DNA from: a virus
Virus record (IMG/VR): IMGVR_UViG_3300030012_002034
Coordinates: 32,001-96,000 of that record
DNA: 64,000 nt
Strand: one strand, 5' to 3'
Shown here: one piece after another, positions 40,761 to 47,768 of the stretch
Layout: the number at the start of each line of letters is the position of its first letter
Position numbering within the stretch: position 1 is the first letter of the stretch
Notes under the pieces: generated by a model
Database searches by the model: none
The model's input: the letters and a program-made list of their open reading frames with translations, nothing else
Told to the model about the DNA's origin: nothing
Translations under genes and position numbers: made by a program

Positions 40761-41153
40761 TTATCCTATACTACTTTTGAGTTCTTCTGGCCATAATTGA
40801 ACTATCTCGTAGTTTCTATCAAATAATTTAGCCGAAGTTTCCCGCATTCCGTAAGAACTAGCAATCAAATCTACCGTATCTTTTTCAAAAAACTTACATG
40901 AGTAAACATCTAACTGATAATCTAGACTTTCATCCCATGTATGAACTGCAATATGAGATGTAGTAATTATACCAACACCAGATACTCCTGGATGATCATT
41001 TGGTTCATACCCTACAACAGGATTTATAGGCATTGTCTTGACATACTGCATATCAAGTGCCTCAACTAAATTATTTATTAAACTAGTTACTTCTTCAATA
41101 GTTAAAGATTTATCTAGAGTTCCTTTAGATACAAGATGTTTATGATTAAGCAT
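40761..41153 (-). CDS. speD: Pyruvoyl-dependent S-adenosylmethionine decarboxylase-like proenzyme
   Basis: Start revised to MLNHKHL; GVSGVGIITT|SHIAVHTW autocleavage motif and LDVYSCK. Confidence 0.85.
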   Translation of the reverse strand: MLNHKHLVSKGTLDKSLTIEEVTSLINNLVEALDMQYVKTMPINPVVGYEPNDHPGVSGVGIITTSHIAVHTWDESLDYQLDVYSCKFFEKDTVDLIASSYGMRETSAKLFDRNYEIVQLWPEELKSSIG

Positions 41154-41167
41154 ATTAATAATTTTAG

Positions 41168-41195
41168 AAAAGGGCCGCCAACTAGAGCAGCCCTT
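41168..41195 (-). terminator. Terminator-like hairpin in the speD leader
   Basis: Minus strand GGGCTGC-TCTAGTTG-GCGGCCC-TTTT, between a TATATTTG box (41228-41235) and the speD ATG. Confidence 0.5.
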
Positions 41196-41493
41196 CAGGA
41201 AGAATATGAAAATATATTTGAACATCACAAATATAATAACTTTTTTTGTATACAACGGTATATGGAAAAATAATGTGCAATAAGTTGTAGTGGGTATTAT
41301 ATAACAATACCCCCCTGCCACCACCCCTCTGGCCTACCCCCCTTGCTTGGCATGGCCAACACACAAAATCTGACTACACAAAATAAAAAAAATTTCTGCA
41401 GGGAAAGTTTGCCTTCCCTCTCCCACACACAGGCCCTCACACCTCCAACCCTCAGACCTCTCTGAATTGATTGTAAATATAAAACTTATAATT

Positions 41494-41631
41494 ATGATTT
41501 CAATTTATTTAATTAAGAGATATAATCTCACATTACCTTCTGACAAGGTCAAAGCAGTTATTGCCGGTGTATGTTTATCTGCACCAATAGTAATACCTAC
41601 AGTTCTAGTACTAACCGGAATAATACTATAA
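41494..41631 (+). CDS. 45-aa membrane peptide (first early gene)
   Basis: MISIYLIKRYNLTLPSDKVKAVIAGVCLSAPIVIPTVLVLTGIIL; follows early motif 1. Confidence 0.55.
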   Translation: MISIYLIKRYNLTLPSDKVKAVIAGVCLSAPIVIPTVLVLTGIIL

Positions 41632-41634
41632 GCC

Positions 41635-41856
41635 ATGAGATATAAAAGATTAAAACTAATAGTATTTAAGCATCTATGTTTCTTACTTAGTGTGTTATAT
41701 ATGGTAGCATCTATATTCTGCTGGATGGAAATAGCAGTTACTGAACCAAGATATACTACTGATGCAAGTCTAATAGTTGCATTTGTAACAATGCTTCTTG
41801 CTGCTGTTTCCTGGTTAGGATTTATGGAATGTAGAACTAAACTACAGAAGCTATGA
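41635..41856 (+). CDS. Early 2-TM membrane protein
   Basis: Two hydrophobic helices. Confidence 0.65.
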   Translation: MRYKRLKLIVFKHLCFLLSVLYMVASIFCWMEIAVTEPRYTTDASLIVAFVTMLLAAVSWLGFMECRTKLQKL

Positions 41857-41992
41857 ATGATATAGCTACTATTATCCTGGTATCAATTCTGCTATACTCA
41901 CAGTATAAACTAAATAATAAGTACGGAGACTAGATCTCTGTATTTTTTTTAGACCTCTCTGAATTAATAGGGAACTTTAAATTTATAAAATT

Positions 41993-42202
41993 ATGATATC
42001 CGCATTTATTATTGACATGATTAGAGAATATGAAAATGAATTAGATCTTCCGCAAGAAGAAAGATACACTGATAGTGATTTCTTCTATATGGAGATGCAA
42101 CAAGCTGATGCTATATTACGCCAGCTTAAAGCAAAGATTGCAGAAGAACAGCACTATGCTGATCAGATGCTAATGATTCAAAGCATAATTTCTAAGTTCT
42201 AA
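41993..42202 (+). CDS. Early hypothetical protein
   Basis: Own motif upstream and terminator (42208-42234) downstream. Confidence 0.7.
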   Translation: MISAFIIDMIREYENELDLPQEERYTDSDFFYMEMQQADAILRQLKAKIAEEQHYADQMLMIQSIISKF

Positions 42203-42279
42203 TAAAGAGTCCTCTGTATAGAGGATTTTTTTTTGGAGGACCTCTCTTAATTAATAGTAACTTATAAATTATATATATT

Positions 42280-42588
42280 ATGCAAAATTTTTATTTAAAG
42301 TATGATTGCACACAGCTATCTAAAGGACATGGAATACATCGTAAAGGCCCTAATGCAATAGAAGCAAGTACAGTTTTGAATGAGATTATACCATTTTATG
42401 CAAACTTAAAAAGGACACTTGAGTTCTCCAGAAAGCGGGGAAATAAACTTGCAGTACGTGTTATATCTAACCATGATAACTTCAGAGTTGTTGATATTGA
42501 ATTAATAGGTGATGATTGGCACTATAAATGGAGGTTTGGTCTTGACATAGAACTATGGTCTTTCTTACCGGAAATACAAGAGGGTTAA
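42280..42588 (+). CDS. Early hypothetical protein
   Basis: Own motif upstream and terminator-like hairpin at 42578-42602. Confidence 0.7.
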   Translation: MQNFYLKYDCTQLSKGHGIHRKGPNAIEASTVLNEIIPFYANLKRTLEFSRKRGNKLAVRVISNHDNFRVVDIELIGDDWHYKWRFGLDIELWSFLPEIQEG

Positions 42589-42730
42589 TACCCTTTTGTT
42601 TTCCAACCAACTTGGGGAGCATATATGCCCGTTTGTGCAAAGGCGCAAGAGACTAAAAATTTTATTCTAAAATTTGGCTTTTAGACATCTCTTAATTGAT
42701 AGGAATTATTAATCATTTAAATTTACAATT

Positions 42731-43099
42731 ATGGCAAAGCCTAAATTTGAAAGCGTTACTTTAAGTAACGGCACACCCGCTAAAGTAGCGCAGGTATCAG
42801 CAGAGTTAATCTCAATTAATGAGAATGACATTTATGAAAACAAGAATGGTACTCAGTACCGCCTTTGTACAATCAAGTTTGATAACGGTAATAAAGTTAT
42901 GACTCCTGGTGCAATGATGTATGAGAGTAACTACCAGAAAGGCGTTACTGTCGGTAGCCATTATCTTGCAGAAATTACATTAACTGCTGATAATGACCCG
43001 CTATTTATTTGCTCTGCATTGTCTCAAAGACAGTCAGTATCTAACAGTGACTTTGATGTAGAAGTTACTGCTGCTGATTTCTCTGAAGCAGGCAAATAA
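42731..43099 (+). CDS. Early OB-fold-like (ssDNA/RNA-binding?) protein
   Basis: Beta-rich NKNGTQYRLCTIKF pattern, acidic C-tail; terminator at 43111-43139. Confidence 0.5.
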   Translation: MAKPKFESVTLSNGTPAKVAQVSAELISINENDIYENKNGTQYRLCTIKFDNGNKVMTPGAMMYESNYQKGVTVGSHYLAEITLTADNDPLFICSALSQRQSVSNSDFDVEVTAADFSEAGK

Positions 43100-43199
43100 A
43101 CCTACACACAAAAGACAGACTAATACTCTGTCTTTTTTTCTACCTTAGAAAAATTCTTTATTCTAAAGAATTTGGCTTAAAGACATCTCTAAATTGATT

Positions 43200-43420
43200 A
43201 TGTGTAGGTAGTGTTAACGGTTTTATAAGAAAACACGCAAGAGTTTAAAAGAACATGTAATATTTTACAAAGTTTTATAAACATTTGTGTGTTGTTAACA
43301 CAGTAGGAGTCAAACAACCCTTCTTTCTTAGGCTTAAAGCTTAAAAAAGAATTGTTATAGCTCATTATATATTATATATAGCTATTCTTTGGTTGACAAT
43401 AGCTATTTGCCTACACACAT
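43200..43420 (+). ncRNA. Candidate ~220-nt structured RNA
   Basis: Closing helix 43201-43210/43408-43417; long inner hairpin 43211-43301; starts right after early motif 5; no ORF. Confidence 0.5.
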
Positions 43421-43509
43421 TAGTCTATCTATCACTATATACATTACTTATGTAATCTCTTATAGTATCTTATATAGTTTCATAGACTTATTCACCGGAC
43501 TTAAATAAA

Positions 43510-43638
43510 ATAACAGCATTAGATGTAGGAGTGAAACTCTCATACCAACAATCTATAAAGTCTTGCATTAAAGCATGTAAAAGAACTTTAACTGACAGTA
43601 CAATCTAAAGTAAATGACCTTAGTGGTATGGCTGTTAT
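43510..43638 (+). ncRNA. Candidate ~130-nt structured RNA
   Basis: ATAACAGC/GCTGTTAT closing stem with internal hairpins, bracketed by ATTCACCGGA motifs. Confidence 0.4.
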
Positions 43639-43706
43639 ATTTATTCACCGGATTAATTCTATAATGGTTCGCAATTAAATATTTATTAACCATTAAAATT
43701 TTTATT

Positions 43707-43916
43707 ATGAAAATTAAAATAGAATTAGAGATTACTGATACTCAACTTCAGAATGTAGACAATGTTAATACTCTTATGAGTTTCTTAGCTAATGATCTAT
43801 ATACTAAAGAACCTGATTTGTATAATTATATACATAGGCTCGGTGCAAACTGGGCTGATCAGCAGGCTAAAGAGTATCATGATGCTCATTTTTATGACTG
43901 TGACTGCTATCGTTAG
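43707..43916 (+). CDS. Early hypothetical protein
   Basis: 69-aa ORF with AT-rich leader. Confidence 0.65.
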   Translation: MKIKIELEITDTQLQNVDNVNTLMSFLANDLYTKEPDLYNYIHRLGANWADQQAKEYHDAHFYDCDCYR

Positions 43917-43979
43917 TAGTCATATGTCATTCACCGGATTAATAGTGTGTCAATAGATTGCACACTGTTATATTATTAT

Positions 43980-44060
43980 TGGAGTGAGGGAGGACAGTTA
44001 TACTTCGGTCACTGACTGGATACACAAACCCTGCAGGTCTTAGCCGTGTACCTCACTCTA
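43980..44060 (+). ncRNA. Candidate three-way-junction RNA
   Basis: TGGAGTGAGG/CCTCACTCTA stem, CAGTTA/TGACTG arm capped by C(UUCG)G, TACAC/GTGTA arm. Confidence 0.45.
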
Positions 44061-44087
44061 TTAATTTAACAAATTAAATTAACACTT

Positions 44088-44243
44088 ATGAAACAAATTA
44101 CGCATTACTTATTTGCTGTACTCTTATTGGGTACACTTACTTCAGTATTTTCTTCCGGAGATTCATTCTCGCTTGGAAAGTCCTTAGTTATTTATGGATT
44201 TTGGGCGCTTATGTTATCTCCTATGACAATTAAAAACGTTTAA
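44088..44243 (+). CDS. 51-aa membrane peptide
   Basis: MKQITHYLFAVLLLGTLTSVFSSGDSFSLGKSLVIYGFWALMLSPMTIKNV. Confidence 0.55.
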   Translation: MKQITHYLFAVLLLGTLTSVFSSGDSFSLGKSLVIYGFWALMLSPMTIKNV

Positions 44244-44248
44244 CTATT

Positions 44249-44371
44249 ATGAAAAAGATTATAATTACTCAAAAAGAAATCCAGGACGCTATGAAACATA
44301 GAGTTCAAAGGAACAAAAAAAAGTATTACCGGAAGGTAAAACACAAAGGTGCTTCTAAAGAGGCACAATGA
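44249..44371 (+). CDS. 40-aa basic ArfA-like peptide
   Basis: MKKIIITQKEIQDAMKHRVQRNKKKYYRKVKHKGASKEAQ; RVxxNKK...YxRKxKH resembles the ArfA core. Confidence 0.55.
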   Translation: MKKIIITQKEIQDAMKHRVQRNKKKYYRKVKHKGASKEAQ

Positions 44372-45219
44372 CATTTGGTGTTTATCTATAGCTTGCTATA
44401 GTATAAGCATCTCATGACCTTATGGTCATGCGGTTGCTCTCAAACCGTTAAGATAAACCAGTAATGGTATAAATCTGTAGTCGTCTTGGTAATAAGACTA
44501 CGGAGATATGTATAGCTTGCTATATGTATTTTATAGAAGAGTATTCCAATATCCATGTAACGGCAGCAATAAATCCCACGGGTTTGTGAGTTGCATGGAG
44601 AGTATGACAGGCATGCTCTTGAGCTTAAAAGGCAATAAGAATTGGGATAGATATTGGTACTATGGTGTTGTCGCACTTAGAGCTGGTATTAGAATTTGTA
44701 TTTAGAATGCTGTAAGAAATTACGTGTTCACATAAATATTTATTTAGTTAGTAGCCTTGACAAGCAAAAGCAGGTAGGAGTAGTAATCTAAACTTCCCAA
44801 AAGGAAGCATGATTACATAAACTCTAAGCGCCTTCTATCACTAACCTGAAACCTTTTTCAGCCATTAGATTGGCAAGTTTAATTTAAATATCAAGTAATA
44901 ACTTAAAAGCAAAATTAGTTTAGAGACTATTGTGATGCCACTAAAGGCAACAATGTTCTTATCCTTCTGCAATATGGAGGCATGGATAGCTCGCAAGGCT
45001 TGCCATGAAGGAATCCAGTAGTATCTGTAGTGAGGGGACACCCTCTTTAGCTCGTAAGGCATGCGGTATGAAAGTGAACTTATGTAAACAATAGTAGTGA
45101 TGGCGGACATCTTAATCCGTGAACATGTACAGTACAAATTAGAAATAGTTTGTGTGAGATAGTTGGAGAAATCCTAATTAATCTGTACGTAAAAGGTCAA
45201 GCTCTCAGCCTTTTTTTTT
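44372..45219 (+). ncRNA. Large (~850 nt) highly structured non-coding RNA (GOLLD/ROOL size class)
   Basis: More than 15 hairpins with GNRA and CUUG tetraloops, nested long-range helices, ends in T9; only short overlapping spurious ORFs. Confidence 0.7.
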
Positions 45220-45266
45220 ATATCAGAACAATTATTAATCAATTAAAGTTAAAGACGCATAAGCTT

Positions 45267-45731
45267 ATGAAAAAAGAATTAGCAATTATTGTAGATGTTG
45301 ACGGGACGTTAGCAGATATGAGAGGTATTAGAGGACCTTTTGAGTGGGACAAAGTTCACCTTGATAGACCCCATCAAGATATTATTGATCTTGTTAAAGA
45401 TTTAGCAGATGCTGGTACAGATATAATGTCAGGTGATGCTTTAGCGGGAACGGAATACAAATATAAAATCATTATTACTACAGGTAGAGATGGTGTTTGT
45501 GAACAAGCAACTAAAAAATGGTTAGATGACCATAAAGTACCTTATTATGATTTCTTTATTAGAAAAGCAGGTGACTTTAGAAAAGATAACATCATTAAGT
45601 CTGAGATCTATATGGATCATATTAGACCTAAGTATGATGTTAAGTATGTTATTGATGACAGAAACCAGGTTGTTGAAATGTGGAGGTCATTAGGTTTACG
45701 GGTGTTACAAGTAGCACCAGGAAATTTTTAA
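45267..45731 (+). CDS. HAD-family polynucleotide 3'-phosphatase (T4 PseT phosphatase-domain-like)
   Basis: DVDGTLAD, TGR, RKD..IK, IDDRNQVVEMWRSLGL..LQVA motifs; start revised to MKKELA. Confidence 0.85.
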   Translation: MKKELAIIVDVDGTLADMRGIRGPFEWDKVHLDRPHQDIIDLVKDLADAGTDIMSGDALAGTEYKYKIIITTGRDGVCEQATKKWLDDHKVPYYDFFIRKAGDFRKDNIIKSEIYMDHIRPKYDVKYVIDDRNQVVEMWRSLGLRVLQVAPGNF

Positions 45732-45899
45732 GGGGTTGAAGAGTGTAAGTCCAGACGTGGCAGTATCAACATAATAGAGAGTAAAACATTTGCGTACTCA
45801 CTCTCTTCCTTACACACTAGTAAGCAATTCTTGTGCTTTAAACAAGATAGGTTTTAATACTTGTACCTGAACAAGTATTTTTTTTACTATCTTTACAAC

Positions 45900-46136
45900 A
45901 TGTTATACTTTAAAAGAGCAAAGAAAGGCAAGTATGAAGTCACTCAAATTACAAAAGGAGTGGTTAACTTTGTATACTCCGTTAATGCTAGCAATGAGAA
46001 AGAAGCTTTAGAACAAATAGAAAATAAAGTTAATGATCCTAACTTTGAACCTCTAGAAGAAGCTGATAGAATTGAAGCCCATCCAGACTATGAAAGTACT
46101 TCAACTTATAAAGTAACAGAAGTTAAAAAAGATTAA
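45900..46136 (+). CDS. Hypothetical protein
   Basis: VNASNEKEALE motif; start revised to MLYFKR after a TATCTTTA box. Confidence 0.6.
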   Translation: MLYFKRAKKGKYEVTQITKGVVNFVYSVNASNEKEALEQIENKVNDPNFEPLEEADRIEAHPDYESTSTYKVTEVKKD

Positions 46137-46160
46137 AACTACCATTTAAATTATATATTT

Positions 46161-46472
46161 ATGAAACACTTAATTAAAAGAGTAAGGAAATTCTTTGCTC
46201 CTAATCCAGAGATGGACGTAAAATATCTTCAGGAAAAGATAAAAAGACTTGAGAATGATTTAGCAATGTTTGATTATAACTATTATCAAATGCATATTGA
46301 AAGAGGAACAGCAGATACTTCTACTCTTGACATGCTAAAAGAACAAGCACAATTTCATGTTGTTAATCATATAGAATTATTATCTAGAGCAAGAGTTATT
46401 AGACTAAAAAAAAGATTAATACTTTTTATTGTATTTATTAATATTATGTTATTAATCTCTTTAATATTTTAA
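46161..46472 (+). CDS. Hypothetical protein with C-terminal TM helix
   Basis: ORF track; hydrophobic C-terminus. Confidence 0.6.
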   Translation: MKHLIKRVRKFFAPNPEMDVKYLQEKIKRLENDLAMFDYNYYQMHIERGTADTSTLDMLKEQAQFHVVNHIELLSRARVIRLKKRLILFIVFINIMLLISLIF

Positions 46473-46474
46473 TT

Positions 46475-46651
46475 ATGGCAAAGAAAGAAAAATTAAAATA
46501 CTTTATTGTAGGATTTAGACTAGGAGCTATGCCTAAAGTTAAAAAGTTTATGATGCCGGGGAAGCATCATGAGAGAGGACCATATTGGTTTGATCATTAT
46601 AATGAAGGCTTACTTACACAGATCAGAGATTATAGACGTAGAAATACCTAA
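46475..46651 (+). CDS. 58-aa hypothetical protein
   Basis: MAKKEKLKYFIVGFRLG...; starts 2 nt after the previous stop. Confidence 0.45.
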   Translation: MAKKEKLKYFIVGFRLGAMPKVKKFMMPGKHHERGPYWFDHYNEGLLTQIRDYRRRNT

Positions 46652-46809
46652 CTAAAGATAGTATGTTCTCAAGAATGTACTTTTCCTGAATGAAATATGG
46701 GGGATAAACGTCCCCCATTTTCAAAGAATAGCTATATAGTGGCAAATATTTAATGTTTAAACTAATATTTCTGCATAAAATATAATATATTTACGTCTAC
46801 TATAATGAG

Positions 46810-47073
46810 ATGCAGTATCAGTTACCAAATGGCAAGGTTGTTTACTTGAGCATTGAGGAGTTTTTAAACCTCACAGATCAAGACATCCAATATCTTATGG
46901 CTATGAATGCTGGTGATTATGTTCATAATCCTTTTCAAGGTTCTGCAATTAGTAGAAAATCTATTCCAAGTTTTGGTACAAATGATGATGATATTATTAA
47001 AGATATTGATGATGATGATCTTAGAAATATTGATCTCAATAATCTAGATGATATAGAAGATCTTTTGAAATAA
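46810..47073 (+). CDS. Acidic small protein (YQLPNGK family)
   Basis: 87 aa, Asp-rich tail. Confidence 0.7.
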   Translation: MQYQLPNGKVVYLSIEEFLNLTDQDIQYLMAMNAGDYVHNPFQGSAISRKSIPSFGTNDDDIIKDIDDDDLRNIDLNNLDDIEDLLK

Positions 47074-47081
47074 TAGTAATA

Positions 47082-47132
47082 ACTATTCTTACTCTTGATG
47101 TGAGCAGTCAAGAGTATAGTAAGTTCTGCTCA
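47082..47132 (+). promoter_or_regulatory. H-type RNA pseudoknot in the 5' UTR of the SSB-like gene
   Basis: S1 47090-47098/47108-47116 (9 bp); S2 47101-47107/47126-47132 (7 bp). Confidence 0.65.
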
Positions 47133-47162
47133 ATCAATTATTTATTTATTAACCTTTAAATT

Positions 47163-47678
47163 ATGAGTCTAAAATTAGATGAAGGGAGACCTCCTGTGAG
47201 AGTCTCTGCAGACAAAGCAGGCTGTATTATTAAACAGTCAAAGAATCCTGAATGGGGATTTATTAGAGTAGTACAAGAAAAACTTGTAGTAAGAGATAAC
47301 TTCTATGGTGAAAAAGAAGTTAGTGCTTTATTCCATGGACCTATGGATAAATTAAAAAACATGGGACTTCAAGCTGGAGATAAGTTAATAGGAAACATTG
47401 TTATAAAAGAGCAATTAACTCCTTTTAGTTTAGCTACGGCTGAGAAAGATAAGAAGAAAGCTGGTGACACCGGTATATTCTTGACAGTTGGTGGTTGTCC
47501 AATTTACCGTAGGACATACTATACAACAGCTTCTAATGTTGAGGATGCTTTAATCCAACATGATAACATAGAGGAGCTTAGAGCAGCATATGAATCGCAA
47601 AAGAATACTGAAGATGTATCAACTAGTACATCTGAAAGTTTATCAGAAACATCTTTTGAAGATGATTTCTCACTATAA
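47163..47678 (+). CDS. Putative single-stranded DNA-binding protein
   Basis: Beta-rich core (KKAGDTG..LT.GG.PIYR), acidic C-terminus ending SFEDDFSL; terminator at 47711-47744. Confidence 0.55.
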   Translation: MSLKLDEGRPPVRVSADKAGCIIKQSKNPEWGFIRVVQEKLVVRDNFYGEKEVSALFHGPMDKLKNMGLQAGDKLIGNIVIKEQLTPFSLATAEKDKKKAGDTGIFLTVGGCPIYRRTYYTTASNVEDALIQHDNIEELRAAYESQKNTEDVSTSTSESLSETSFEDDFSL

Positions 47679-47768
47679 CATTTAGCTTATTTAGTTTAGG
47701 CTAAACTACAGGGAGGAAGGAGTAGGTTACTTTCTCCCTTTTTTTATTAATCCCCAAATGTATAACAT

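Larger units (their letters stand above)
41454..43198 (+). promoter_or_regulatory. Five copies of the early motif RGAC(C/A)TCTCTNAATT(G/A)AT
   Basis: 41454-41471, 41951-41968, 42238-42255, 42683-42700, 43181-43198; first four end 22-30 nt before an ATG. Confidence 0.8.

Noticed and set aside
41154-41364. N-terminal extension of SpeD and ORF 41182-41364
   Set aside because: They run through promoter, hairpin and C-tract DNA; SpeD homology begins at MLNHKHL
41454-43942. Repeated motifs as a CRISPR array or integron attC sites
   Set aside because: Spacing is irregular (150-500 bp) with genes in between, the repeats are not palindromic, and there is no cas or integrase gene in the window
44915-44960. 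TTTAGAGACTA resembles the group I intron R element
   Set aside because: No matching S element (AAGAUAUAGUC) after the next hairpin and no interrupted gene on either side
44440-45137. ORFs 44440-44676, 44508-44705 and 44865-45137
   Set aside because: Overlapping, atypical composition, no AT-rich leaders; better explained as by-products of a structured RNA
43200-45850. tRNA, tmRNA, RNase P or hammerhead in the non-coding island
   Set aside because: No T-loop GTTCRA with acceptor stem/CCA, no GAGGAAAGUCC, and no CUGAnGA...GAAA core seen by eye; a covariance search is still needed
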